64,000 nt of DNA from the human T2T-CHM13v2.0 reference genome, Homo sapiens: NCBI RefSeq assembly GCF_009914755.1, contig NC_060925.1; one strand, written 5' to 3'. Positions 1-12,914 of this stretch are shown here, one piece after another. The number at the start of each line of letters is the position of its first letter. Position 1 is the stretch's first letter. The notes under the pieces are model-generated. The model worked only from the letters and a program-made list of their open reading frames with translations. It did not search any database and was not told the DNA's origin. The translations under genes and the position numbers were made by a program.

Positions 1-54
1 AACTGTAAGTTCTAGAATGCTGGTGGTTGTAGGGCACTAACCATCATGTAATCC

Positions 55-175
55 AACTCTTTCATATTACCCACAGGTAATGTGAGGCTGAGAGATGGTA
101 AGTTACTTTCCCAAAATCAGCCAGTAAGTTGGTGGGCAATGTCCGATTTCAACCCCATCCCCTGAACCCCATGTC
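55..175 (-). mobile_element. MIR-family SINE fragment
   Basis: Degenerate reverse MIR core: 'tgtgaggctgagagatggtaagttactttcccaaaatcagccagtaagt'. Confidence 0.6.
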
Positions 176-254
176 AATATTCTCTGTGCAAGCACAGTAC
201 CTTTTCTATTTTCAGATTAGGCTACTGATTGAAGTAAGAGGATTTGCCTAGTGT

Positions 255-650
255 GTTCATTCATTGATTCTTTCATTCATTTACAAATACTCATTGAGCA
301 CTTCTTGTGTGAAAGAAAATATACTAAGTGTTAAAGACAAAAAAGCTCTTATCTCTCCCTTTCAGGAGTCCATATTGTAGTGCAAATTAAGGTACACAAA
401 TATCAAATAGACAACACAATCTTGCTTTGCTCTCAGGGAGGTATGTACAACAAAGTAGGAAAATGGGGAAGGAAAAGGAGACCTCCTAGAAGAGAAAGAT
501 TCTAGAAGAAAAAGGAAGGCATCTACCATGTGAATAAGGTCTGGGGTGGAGGATTGATGAAGACATCCTGGAAAGATCAGGACTGTGTGAAGGCACAAAG
601 TCTTGGGACAGAATGGGGAGCTTGGAGATTTTCCAATATGCCTTGCTTCA
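255..650 (-). mobile_element. L2 LINE 3' fragment
   Basis: 'ttcattcatttacaaatactcattgagcac' is the reverse of the L2 3' terminus, followed by purine-rich L2-like body. Confidence 0.6.
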
Positions 651-860
651 GGGCAACTGAGTGCAGAGAGGAAGGTTTATGGTGCTCTTAAACTTTGTGA
701 TCTGCCACTTCCCTTCCTATCTTTATTTACTATAATTCACCCATTTACTCATCATTTATTCGGCAAATGCTGATTCATATTTAGTATGGGTTCTGGACAT
801 GTCGGATAAATCCACAGGTCGTTTTCAATAAAACCTGCCCCCAAATCTCTACTCTTCTCT

Positions 861-863
<3 letters not shown>

Positions 864-905
<42 letters not shown>

Positions 906-932
906 GCACACACACGCACACACACACACACA
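864..932. repeat. (CA)n microsatellite, interrupted
   Basis: Directly visible CA run with 'gagg' and 'cg' interruptions. Confidence 0.98.
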
Positions 933-1439
933 AATTTTCTTGTTCTTGGTTTACTGAGCACAGTAGAGGACAGTTAACTATCCTGAGTATAAGAGTGTCT
1001 CCACCAATTAAAACTCTCCATGGCCTGATAAAACTCTCCATTGGCTTTTAAAATGACCTGCCATCCTGGCTCCAGGCAGTTCTCACAGTTCATAACTCCC
1101 CGCAGCTGCCTGCTCTTTCCTGGGACCTTTCCAGGGTAATAACTGCTATTTTCCTACTCCATGAATGTGAGAGTGAGTTCAGTCCCTATCCACAGTGCCC
1201 ACTGGATACTGCAGTATACCAGAGGCATTTAAAGGCAGTCAGTATACCCGCCTTTAAGTCTCAAAGGCAGGTCATCTACTAAGGAATTGGGCCTGAGGTG
1301 TAAGAAGCTAAGGCTTCCTACATTTAAAGAAATCACATCTATCTTGAGACAATAGCTCTTCATTTTTCTCATAAGAATTTCCTTTGGGAAGACAAAATAT
1401 GATGTTCCAGCAAAGCACTGAGCTTGAAAATAAAAAAAA

Positions 1440-1600
1440 AAATTAACCCTGACATTGAATAACTTATCTTTTACCTTTCCGAAGCTCTATTTACAGTATC
1501 AGTAAAATGGATATAGTAGTATCTACTCCATAGGGTTATTAGTAGTTAAAGAAGGTAGCATGGGTAAAGTACCTGATACATGACAGGTGGTCAGCGACTA
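1440..1600 (+). mobile_element. MIR fragment
   Basis: 'gtaaaatggatatagtagtatctactccatagggttatt' matches the MIR core and tail. Confidence 0.6.
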
Positions 1601-2184
1601 TTCTAGATCTTACTTTGGTTTCAACCGTGCACTGTATACTTTCTGAGAAATTGTGAGGTCTCAAGTTTCCAAAGGCAACCGAGGACAAAATTCTCCAAAA
1701 GAAAATGTAATAATTGGCTTCTTTGACTATTTCCTTGAAATAGTAACTAATTAATGTACCTGACAGCTAGATGTTACACTTTTTGTGGATCAAATTACAA
1801 ATGGTCTTTACTTATGGAAAATTCCACTTTTAATTCCTAACTTATTAATGAAGCCAAAATGGATTTTTGTGGTTATCCGTTTGAAAGTTCCACTTTGTAC
1901 AAATAGCCATGTGTCCCTGGGTTGGTAAATTAAACTATTTGACTCTTAATTTTCTCAATTTTATCAAGTATTAACAATAATTACAAATGTCATAGAAATA
2001 TCATGAAGAATTAATGAGATAAATGTCCATAAAGCACAATCTTTCTCTATATTATTTTTCTAGCAATTAAAAATGAAAAAATAAAAACCATCACTGCCTA
2101 CCATCAGTTGGATAATGTTCAGAAAAAACAACAAAAGAAAGAAAAAGAAGAAGAAAACAAACATAAAAAGTTAGCTGTAAAATA

Positions 2185-2584
2185 AAGAAACATTCATTAT
2201 GAATTTATTACTCCAACTACTGTAAACTGTGTAGGAATCTGAGCTGCAAAGCTACCCATTAAACTGTCTGCTCTTTCCTGTTTAAACAAGGCCCCTCTTG
2301 GGTCGTGGCTGCCTGAGCCTTCGTGGGTCTGCATCCAGGAAGGAAGACGTTTCTACGGTAACCGCTGAGGCCTTCTTTGGAGGTTCTCTGGGAGAGGCCA
2401 GAGTCTGGTGCAAGTGACAAACCCCAGTTCCCTTGATAATGTACAGAAAGGTAGCAGCCATGATGTCCAGGCATGAGCAGAATGAGAGCATTCAGGCGTG
2501 AAATCTCTTTCAATTGGTCGTTTGTTTCCCCGATGGAGAATTCACTTTGTGCCACTCTTTTGAAAAATGGCTGATCTAGGCTTA
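2185..2584 (-). other. Candidate 3'-terminal exon of a minus-strand transcript (coding status unknown)
   Basis: Minus strand: 'tttattttttatacaccag' acceptor (AG at 2586-2585), non-repetitive body with 8 CpGs in 2303-2532, ORF stop at 2261-2259, AATAAA at 2209-2204, then a U/GU-rich downstream tract. Confidence 0.5.
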
Positions 2585-2999
2585 CTGGTGTATAAAAAAT
2601 AAATGTTCCAGAAGGAAAGATATTGTGATTTGGGAAGGGGGGGGTCATTAGCCTCCCGTCATAATTTGGTTCAAGTTTTTAGAAAGCTTGAAGTTGCAAG
2701 AAACCATAAAGAGTTGCCCAATAGCCTCATTTTATAAATTGATAAATAATTCATAGGAAGAGGAGAGGGGGTGGAGAAGATAAGCTGAAGTCATAGATTG
2801 AGGTGGTTGATATGAAAACATATCCTAAGCTCCTGATTAATAAGGCTTGAATTGTAAAATCTGGCTGTTACAATAGAATGTGGAAAGTGCTATGATGGAG
2901 GGTTGGACAAAAAGCAGTGAGAACATTAAAGAGGAGTGTTTGAGGCCACCAGTTACGAAGAAGAGAGAGAGCTGAGCTGAGAATCAAGAATGAGTAAAC

Positions 3000-3235
3000 G
3001 TTGCTATCATTTATTAGCATTACAATGTGTTAAACACTTTATATGCATTGTCTCATTTAATCTTCACAACACCTTCTCAGATAAGTAGAATACCACTACC
3101 CATTGGTTTTTTTTGTTTATAAGACAGAGAAATAGGTGTAGAGAGATGAGTCACTTTCCACACAGCTAGGAGACGGCAAGGTCAGGATTCAAACCCAAGA
3201 CAGTTTGATTCCTAAGCCCATGCTCTTTATTGACT
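3000..3235 (-). mobile_element. MIR
   Basis: 'tctcatttaatcttcacaac...cacagctagg...ggattcaaacccaagacagtttgattcc' is a near full reverse MIR. Confidence 0.8.
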
Positions 3236-4149
3236 GTTGGTCTGCTGCCTTCCATAAAATGTGCAAGAGCTTCGTATGTGGGGTGAAGTTGGGAACAGTG
3301 TTCTGGGCAGAAAAAAACAGCACAGGCAAATGCACAGCTATACAATGTATGCTGTCTCCATCTATCAATGCTTAGTGGCCTTCCTAATCTCCCATAGCCT
3401 AATCTGTGGGAGACAAGCCTCGGCACTCCTTCTGAATCCTAAGAACCTGGCTCTGTCCAGAGAGAGACAATGTGCAGCTTGCCCAATGATAAAATCCCTC
3501 ACACATTTGGTGGCCTGGACCAACTACATCCTCCATGGAACTTGGAGTAGTAAAATCCATGATGAACCAGTCTTTCTTTTACAGCTCACTTTTACAGTCT
3601 CTGGGTTTCTGGAGCCTTTAATCATTTGGATCTCTTTTCATTCTGAACACTTAGAGTATAAAGAATTTAAGTCTCAGCTTCTTTCCACAGAGACATGTTG
3701 GTCATTGGTGCATATAGCCAAAGTGGTTCCAGTTCAGTAAACAGTCTTTCATGACAAATCCATGGTTGGAGTTGGTGGAAAATTTGCCTGCTTATTAGGA
3801 GGCTACAACAGTTCCAAACAGAGTGAAAAATGAAGAAGATCATCTAGATGCCAAGGCCCAGTTGGCTATGTATGGGTAAAAACTATCTGGGTTACAGCAG
3901 TCATAGTTGAATGCTTGTTCTACAGGCAACATGGTACATATAGTATGTCATAACTTCACTACCATTTCTCTTTACCATTGTACAGAGACAAAACTGAATT
4001 TCAGATCAGAAAAGTTACATTGCTTTCCTATCATACCAAGAATAAGTGGTCAAGCCAGAATTCCTACCCAGACTCTCTGATCCTCAAACCTCCATTCTTT
4101 CCCCATCACCTCAAAACTGTCAATCCAATGGTCAGTTAGAATTACCATA

Positions 4150-4225
4150 ATTTGGGAGGCGGAGGTTGCAGTGAGCCAAGATCATGCCACTGCACTCCAG
4201 CCTGACAACAGAGCGAGAATCCATC

Positions 4226-4253
<28 letters not shown>
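4150..4253 (+). mobile_element. 5'-truncated Alu (right-arm end, AluS-type) with long pure poly(A)
   Basis: 'gggaggcggaggttgcagtgagccaagatcatgccactgcactccagcctg', A-run 4226-4254, TSD 'agaattacc' at 4138 and 4254. Confidence 0.93.
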
Positions 4254-4256
<3 letters not shown>

Positions 4257-4419
4257 ATTACCTTATTTTTGCCACCATTTTGTCTTGTGTTCCACAAAAG
4301 CCTATTGTTTTTTGTTTTGCCCACATTTTGGCAGGCAGCATGGGGCAGTGGCAAGTACCTTCTGTGCCACAGGCCCTATGCTACTTCTAGAGAATTCAGA
4401 GATTCCTTTGTTCTATAGG

Positions 4420-4960
4420 TTAGTCAGTCAATGAATATGTTCAAGGACCAACTATGTGCAAGGTGCTGATGCCAAAGGGGTGAGCGAAAACCAGAGACTG
4501 ACCTTCGTGAGAGACCCTCACACAGTAATGAGTTTTAACCATTAGTGGGTAAAATGGGTGGTGGAGAGGGGTGCTGGTATTGTCATTGAAGTCAAAGAAA
4601 GTTTCCTGAAGAAGTATTAACTAGGCAACTGTGGGAGATAAGCTGGGGAAAAATAGTAGAGAAAGACAGAAGTAAAGCAGGTAACTAATCATAGAGTATG
4701 GTTCAGTGGCATGATAGGGTAAAACACTGCAAAGGAAGAAGAGAGAAAGGGCAGCTTACCTAGCCTGAGGGTGGAAGGTGGTCAGAGAACACTTTCTAGA
4801 AGAAGAATATTTGAGCGGACAACAGAGGGATGCAAAAGAATTTGATGGATGAAGGATTGACTAGTGCACAGAGAAGAAATTAAACATGCAAAGATCCAGA
4901 GATGAGAGAGAACATGATATGTTTGGGAAACTGCAAGCACTTGTATGTGTTATGGGGACT
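4420..4960 (-). mobile_element. L2 fragment
   Basis: 'gtcaatgaatatgttcaaggaccaactatgtgcaaggtgctg' and 'ggtggtcagagaacactttctagaagaag' are L2-like. Confidence 0.55.
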
Positions 4961-5389
4961 AGGGGGTAAAGGAAAGACCAAGACAAAGTGGGAATGTTAA
5001 AGGGAGTGGAATTGGTAATAAAAAATAATACTACTGAGGAACATTATTCTGATGACAAACCCTCATGTAGGTCAGAGTGGAAGATTTGTTCTGATGTGAC
5101 TACGTTGTCACAGAAGGGAAGAGAAGTGAAAAGGAGAGGGAAAAGGCGCTAATATTTGTTGAAAATATCTGGGTGCCAGATATTTTCAGGTAGAACTCCA
5201 TTCTACAGAGGAAGAAACTATGGTACCAGAAGGTGAAGGAATCTGTCTGAGGTCACACATCTAGTAAGCAGTGTGCCAGCATCCAAACTCTATTCTTTCT
5301 GCCTGATTTCTGGAATCATCTTGTGCCTCTATTTCCAAGGACTTTCTAGTCCCACCAGAAGTAAATAATCAAGACTGGCAAACAATAAT

Positions 5390-5800
5390 TGCATTAATCC
5401 AGACTCTTATCTGTAAATGACAAGAGCTCAACTTCTTGTTGAGGTTCAGGAAAAAATGAAGAGGTCAAAGGGAGAGCTTTGGTAGATATGTCAGAATTGA
5501 CCAATATAATGAAGGAAATCTTGAGCACTCAGGCATAAGAAAGGCAGGAATCCACCTGGCCCTCAGGAACGATGCCTGCTAAGACCCTCTGCCCTTCTTG
5601 TCTAACTCTCTGCCCATGGACTCTTTCTTGCTCCATGTGGTGGGAGCTTGGTTGCCTTCAGTTCTGGAGCCTTATGCTTCACAGCTACAGAGAGACCCAT
5701 TCTCTCCTTTGGGCTTGAAATCCAAGGGAAAACCTCTGATTAGCTCAGTGTGGGTCACGTGTTTACCCATCACTGCATCAGCTATGAGTAGGAACACAAG
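5390..5800. mobile_element. Old MaLR LTR (MLT1-type) fragment
   Basis: 'ctctgattagctcagtgtgggtcacgtgtttacccatc' motif typical of old MLT1 LTRs. Confidence 0.5.
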
Positions 5801-5894
5801 CTACTGGGGGGCTCACCCCATCCGTGCATATTGAGGGTCAGTCTCCAAAATTCTTTGTGAGTCAAAAGCCACTCCAGAGGGTATCCACTTAATT

Positions 5895-6160
5895 AATAAC
5901 AGTAGTCACCATTTGTGGGAGATTACAAATGCCCCAGACCCTGAACTGAGAAAGCGTGTTAGTTCTATCACTGCCTCATTTGATTTTCTCAACAAGCACG
6001 AGAGGTAGTGCTCATCTCCAGTTCATAGATACGGAAACTGAGACTCATAAAACCCAATTAATTTGCTCAAGGTCCCACAGTAAGTAAGTGGTAGATGCAG
6101 ATGTAAATCCTGGACACTGATTCCAAAGCCTTGTGCTTAATTCCCATACTTAACTATTCT
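5895..6160 (-). mobile_element. MIR
   Basis: 'catagatacggaaactgagactca...ttgctcaaggtcccacagtaagtaagtggtaga'. Confidence 0.85.
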
Positions 6161-6261
6161 CTACTTCCTGTGACTGCCGCCTTAGGCCTCAGCCTCCATG
6201 AGAAGCAAAGTAACAGTGGCTATAACCTGGAAGTCCTGGGATCTACCTCTGACACTGGTAA

Positions 6262-6663
<402 letters not shown>

Positions 6664-7699
6664 TAAGAAAAACTCCATGCAAAACAAAGGTGAGCTATTA
6701 TTATTTTCTCTCATATAATTCTAGCGTGCCATGATTTTGAGACTTTCTATATTTAAATAAAATCTGTCCTTTGAAATAATATGTTTGGAAGAGCCAATAA
6801 GGCAGACAGACAAATACTTTAGGCTATTTTTTTAGAACTCAGATTGACAGAATTTAACTGAGGAAACAGGAACAGAGTTAATTTATCCTGGATTCCAGTA
6901 TTGGGCTCTTCTTGGTTTTTTAAAACAGACATAAACATTGTTCTTCTGAATTCATTTTGTGCTGACACCACCTGGTCTCTGCTTATTTTTTCATTTCACC
7001 CAGTTCAGTGATACTGAATTATAATTGGTTTATGCTGAACTTTCTCATGCTGTGAAGTACTGATTAACAAAGAAAATAAAGTTTTTCTTTCATTTGGCCA
7101 AGTTCTACCCTACTGCCATGTCTCAGATAGCACTTTTTAAAGAAATTAAGGTTCTGTGGAATAATCTCCATCCTTAGGAAATAACTGCAAGGGTCATGAA
7201 AAGTCTCTGTCAGCCAACATTTTGTTTATAGCCCATCAGCTACAAATTTGCCCAAACTAGGAACTGTGGCATCGTCTTTCTAAACCACACATGCAATCAG
7301 GCAGTAGACCGGGTGATAGACTTCCTTGGAATGTCTCCAGCCTGTGTCTTCGTCTCCATCAATATGTCATAGCCTTAGCCCAGGCCTCCAGGAGAGTTTA
7401 AACAGCCTCTTAACAGTCCTTCACCTCCATACTGTTTTCAGGATGATTATCTTAAAACACTGATATAACCATGTCAGCCATGCTTATAAAATCTCTGTGG
7501 CTGCTATCTGCTAGACAATAGAGTCCCAGTTACTTACTGGTACTCTCTGTAATTTAGCTTCTGCATATCCTTCTAATATGACATTGCCACTTTCACCCAT
7601 CTTACCACCAGGATCCATCCTCCTCTATCATCATAACCATGATACTAACATCATAGCCAAATTTTAGGGAGGACCCTCTACATACCTCCTACATAAAAG

Positions 7700-7865
7700 T
7701 TTTTCACAATTTCTCAGAAACTTCCTATGAGATATTTTTACCTTTATTATACTGAGATTCAGAAAGTTAAGAAACCTGTTCAGGATCACACAGCTGACCA
7801 CAAAGGTGACAGAGTTAAGACCCAAACCCAGGTCTATTTGACTCCCAAACTTTGCTCTGCCACAT
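7700..7865 (-). mobile_element. MIR inserted within L2-like sequence
   Basis: 'actgagattcagaaagttaag...ggatcacacagctg...cccaggtctatttgactcc'. Confidence 0.75.
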
Positions 7866-8059
7866 GGACATTCTGAAATCCTGGTAGTTTCCTGAATGAG
7901 CCGTGCTCTTTTTACTTCACCATTGTCTTGGCAAGTGCTTTTCTCTGCTTTTAATACCCTGCCCCTTCTTAGACAGCTGCCTAACTGCTCCTTTCCCAAG
8001 GATTTGGCTCCTATGTCACCTCCTTTGTGAACATTCCATGACATCATAAGCAAAACTGC

Positions 8060-8063
<4 letters not shown>

Positions 8064-8101
<38 letters not shown>

Positions 8102-8106
8102 CACAC
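8064..8106. repeat. (TG)n(CG)n alternating purine-pyrimidine microsatellite
   Basis: Directly visible. Confidence 0.97.
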
Positions 8107-8819
8107 TCAGGGAATAGAATTGAGTACATACTCTGGGAAAGTGAGTTGCTTGGTTTGCTGGTACAAATGGGACATGCAGGGGAATCATGGGGAACTAGGT
8201 TGGGAAAGTAGCTTGGGCTGGATCATGGAGGCTGCTGGTCTACCAGCGGCTCCTGAGGCAAGGAGGTGTTTCCAAGACAAAATCTTGTCACAGGGTCTAA
8301 GAAGGAGGAGGAAAAGGAGAATAACAGCAGAGAGATTTGAAGAAAGCTATTGCAATCAGCCAGGTGGGAGATAATGAGATACTGAATAGGACTCACCATC
8401 AAGAGAATGGAGGAGAAGGGCCAGACTTAGTGACTGAGTGTCAGAGTAGGTGAGTGAAAAGGAGAATCTGCCCATAAGAATACCAAGACTGTGAACCTGA
8501 GTGCCAGAGAGTGGACATGTTCTCAAAGACAGAGAAAGAGCAGGTTTAAGGGTAAAGACAAGTGATAGGTTAAGATATGTTAAGACATTAATGGGACTTC
8601 TAAAGGCCTTTCTTGGACAACGTAGATGGGCCACTGTTGGAACTGCCATTTTAGAAGTCATCCACATAGATATAAGAGCAGAAGCCAGAAGAAAGTATAA
8701 TACAGGGGAAATCATCAAGAGAGAGGAGGACAGGGCTAAGGAGAGCTCCTTAGAGATACATTTGGAGAAAAGAATCAGGAAGAAATAAAGAAAAGGTATG
8801 AAAGGAAGCTAATGATGTG

Positions 8820-9000
8820 TTGTGCTGTGTTACCTTGAGAAGTTACTTAACTTCTCTGGGCCTCCATTTAAATGTTAAATTGCAATACTAATTACTATCT
8901 TGCAGAATGATGAAAGGATTGGAGATAAGTTATGTGAAACAACCAGCACCTGGCTTAGTATTCAGCAGGATTTCAGTAAACCGTCACCTTAATGATTAGT
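8820..9000 (+). mobile_element. MIR
   Basis: 'ctgtgttaccttgagaagttacttaacttctctgggcctc'. Confidence 0.75.
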
Positions 9001-9469
9001 AGTGGTATATTTGTTGGTGAAAGATGCTCAGGATCACAGACCTCGAATGGGGGCAGTCCTGAGCCATGTGGTGGGAATACTGGGTTATCTGTTGGGATTA
9101 CTGGCTTCATTTATTTTAGCAAACATAAAAGGAAGACCAGAAGGTCAAATTCCACTGCCATTAGTGTCTAGAAGACTAGTCCAAAAGAGCAGAAGAGTCT
9201 ATCAGGTGCTGGTCAAAGCCAAACTATGTTTTCCTGCAGACTAGATGCCATCAAACCAGAATCTGTGCTCAGCCCAGCATCTGGAAAAGCTCAGAAGAAG
9301 GAAAAGTCCACAGGAGAGGTGGCTGGGACCAAGTTACATAGGACAGGCTAGAGCAGGGAGATAAGAGGTCATTCACCAGCTCTGTACTCTAGGTACTCCA
9401 GGAATTCAGCCTCTTCTAGCAGAGAAAGCCCAGGACCTGCAGAAAGATGGTTAGAGAGAAAGTTTTATC

Positions 9470-9700
9470 AGGTGGTATGTAAAAAGAGCACCAGCTTTTT
9501 GAGCCAGAAAAACCTGTATTCAAACTTTAGTGATGTCACTCATGGGACTTTTTGTGTTAGGGGGAAAATCACTTACTCCTCAGCCTGTTTCTCCATATGA
9601 AAATGGGACAAACAATAATTTTTTTCTTTACATGTTTTTTTGAGAATTAAATAAGATATGCAAAATGCTTGAATCATCCACGTAGATATCAATACATGGT
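9470..9700 (+). mobile_element. MIR
   Basis: 'gagccagaaaaacctgtattcaaac...gcctgtttctccatatgaaaatggg'. Confidence 0.7.
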
Positions 9701-10029
9701 GGTTTTGTTTCCTTTTATAGGGCCAATTACACACCAAAGCCCACTCAGTTATAAAGATCTTCATGGTCTTAGCTTTTTTTCCCAGACCACGAATGCCTGA
9801 GAGAGAGAACTACAGTCTGTGAGATACAAAAAAAATTGGCCAAAGCGGGTAGGTATTTGAGAAAATTGGGAGTCAGGCTCCAAAGTGGCTGTTAGCCCAG
9901 AAGATGGTCTGTTCTCTCACTTAATATCACGAAGGCTCGCCTACTGCATTTGTGAGCATTAAATTGAAGGCAGTTAGTTATAGGAGAGATGCTCCTCATG
10001 GGCACCAGCAGTTAGGACCCAAAAGAGAC

Positions 10030-10530
10030 AATAATAATGGCTGCCATTTATTGACTACTGCTTTAAATATATTACCTCTACATATGGTAGACAACACGAT
10101 CATCTTTTTACAGAAGGGACAACTGTGACTCAGAGAGATTAAGTGATTTTTCTCAAAGTCGCCCAGCTCACATACAGCACAGCAGAATTGATACCCAAGT
10201 TGGATCTGTAGCCTGCACTCCTTTTAAATCTCTTGCTATCTTCCTGTAGGTAGGACAATGAATGAGACATGCCATGGTGGCGGAAAGTCTTCACCTTGGG
10301 GTGAAACTCAAAGTAATTGTAGATGGAGAGATTGAGGAAGAAATAGAACTAGACCGGGAGGCAGGAAACTGAATGGGTTTTGGTATTTCTCTTACCTAAG
10401 CCTCCTCGTCTATAAAATGGGGTTAATAACCCACACCCTGCCAACTATCTGGAGTTTCGGGGTGGATCAAGTGGGATTTTATATCTGAAACCACTTTGCA
10501 AATTAAGTCCCATATAAATATGTTATTAAT
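10030..10530. mobile_element. Two MIR fragments (about 10030-10225 minus; 10335-10530 plus)
   Basis: 'ttttacagaagggacaactgtgactcagagagattaagtga' and 'cctcgtctataaaatggggttaataac'. Confidence 0.7.
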
Positions 10531-11169
10531 TGGTATATTAATTAAATTATTAAATCTCAGTTATAATAATGAAACTTAGAAATTACTGTTAATTAGCATT
10601 AATCAAAATGTATGTTGGTGGTAATTATACTAATTAAAATTCTTGATAATAATGATAATTAGCACTGATACTGAGAAGTGGTCTGCCAAGCATGGACTAG
10701 CGTGAAACTGTAGAGTAAACATCCCAGATGAAAGTTGGCCGAAGGATACAGAAGCAAGCTAATGAACCTAGCTGAAACTGAACAAGAGAAACACATTAGC
10801 CTTGCTTTCCTGGTCTGAGAGTTCTGCTGTGCTGAGGTGAAAAAGATTAATAAATACCAAAACCACCCATTATTGTACAAGCACATGAGTTGCAATTGTC
10901 CTTGTGGTTGTCTGTTTATGTATCTCTCTGTGTAGTAACACTTTGCTAGTAAGTTTCAGCATATTGAACTGTTCCTGATTCCACGACCGTGCCATTCTCT
11001 AACATGCCACCTGCCCATCACACTGCCCATGGCTCCTGACAAACCCAAGATCCTTCATGTCCTAATCCATGTAAACTATCTTCAATGAAGCCTTTCCAGA
11101 CTTTTCCTGAGAAACTAGGAATCCTCTTCTTTGTGTTCCTGTTCACCTTCTACAAGATTTTACCATCAA

Positions 11170-11800
11170 ACTTACTATCTCAGCTCTATCACATACAAGT
11201 TGTGTGTAAGAAGTTCCTTACTTAAAATACGTTTATGCTTCAGTTATCTCATCTATAAAATGAGGATACTAGCAGTGCAGGTATACAATTGTCTTGATAA
11301 TTCAATCAGATATGTAAGACTTTCAGAACAGGATTAGACATACAGCATTCAATTAATGTTAACTATTACTATTATTATTGTTGTTGTTGTTGTCCTAAGG
11401 ATGTGTCTCCATATCTATTGCTCTGCCAGGCTGTGAGCTCCTCCATTTTGTGTTCTTATCATTTTTGCTTATGTCTTTCATGTTATTAAAATGGAAATGG
11501 ATAGAGGATTTTCTCAGGAGACTTTATAGGCAAGAATAAAGGCAAGGTAGTGGAAAAATTGTTAACCGTGAAATCAGAAGATTTGGTTTAATCTTGCCTC
11601 TTCTAGTTGCTTAGTCACTGGCTTTGTGCAAGTCACTTTTTCTTATAGGACTCAGTTTCCTCATCTAGAAAAACGGAAGTGATGACCCCTAGCCTACCTT
11701 CCTGACAGGCTCCATTGTGAGGTTGGAATGAAGACACAGATGTGAAACCGCGTTGTAAACTGAAAGGCACTAATCAAATATAAGATACTTTTATTATTAT
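11170..11800 (+). mobile_element. Two MIR copies (about 11170-11375 and 11545-11800)
   Basis: 'cttcagttatctcatctataaaatgagg' and 'ctcagtttcctcatctagaaaaacgg'. Confidence 0.8.
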
Positions 11801-12349
11801 TTGAACCATCTGGAAGTTGTTTGGACTTACAAATTGATAGAATCAGTCAACACTTACTTGATTTACACAGAGAGTTGTTGTTATGCTTGGGTATTTTTTT
11901 AAGCCCTTAACACTATGCACATTGCAAGCCTTTCCTCATATTCACCCCCAATTTGGTAATTTTCAAGTTTTTGTTTCCAAAGATTGAATGATGATAGGAG
12001 TTAAAAGTAGAGCCCAGGTTGAAACTTTACTAAAGATGTTCAGTTTCTATTTTCCTTAACAAAGTTTTTAGAGCCCCAGCTAATAGCTAGTTATTAAATG
12101 CAGCTCAGTTCATAGGGTTTCTTGATGTGCTGGGAAGCCTCAGAGGTTGCTGTGAGATAACAGAGTTTAGATTAAGATGGCCAGTAAATTTGGGAATGAG
12201 AAAGGAAAATATAAATGGCAAGAACACTGAATTAGGAGTTAAAATTCCTAAACTCTTATCTTGTCCTACAGCCCTGTAGGTTGGATGTATCCCCTATCTG
12301 GGCCTTATTTTTCTCATCCGTAAAATGTAGATAACATCCTTCCATTTCA

Positions 12350-12842
12350 TTAGCCTTTACTGCACACCAAATCACCCCAAATCTTAGTAACTTGAAATAT
12401 CAGGAGTTTATGTCTTACAGTTCTGTGTTGGTTGGGCGGTTCTGGTGATTTTGCCTGGGCCCATTCATGGAGCAGCACTTAACTGGTGGGTCATTTGAGA
12501 TCTAGGCTCAAGGGACACAGCTAAGATTCTGAGCATCTATATTTGTATAGTGTCTTCTATACTCAAGGAGTGAGACTGGGCCTTTTTACATGACAGTGAT
12601 GTTCCAAGAGGGGGAAACCAGAAAATATATAGTCTCTTGTACCATAGCCTCACACAGTATCAATTCTTCCATATTCTATTGGTCAAAACAAGTTACACAG
12701 CCAGCCCAGAATCAAGGACAAGGAAAAGAGAATCCACCCCAACCGTTTGATGGGAGGAAGGCAAAATCAAACTGCAAAAAGGAACATGGTCACAGAGAAA
12801 CATGATTCTCTGGAGGGCCATTTTGTAGCAGCCTAATACACA
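12350..12842 (-). mobile_element. MaLR LTR (MLT1-type) inserted in a MIR
   Basis: 'ccatattctattggtcaaaacaagttacacagccagcccagaatcaagg' typical of reverse MLT1; MIR halves flank it. Confidence 0.7.
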
Positions 12843-12914
12843 TCTGTCCTACCTTAAGGGTTATTTACAAGCAGATAAGCTAATATGTTTAAAGTCACTT
12901 TGTAGAATATATGA

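Noticed and set aside
1009-1045. Small imperfect duplication of 'taaaactctccat'
   Set aside because: Ordinary slippage duplication with two units only.
3261-3740. 159-aa plus-strand ORF in unique sequence
   Set aside because: Non-ATG start, no recognisable domain, no convincing splice or poly(A) context.
7664-8374. 174-aa and 101-aa ORFs
   Set aside because: They run through the (TG)n repeat and MIR/L2 sequence; artefacts.
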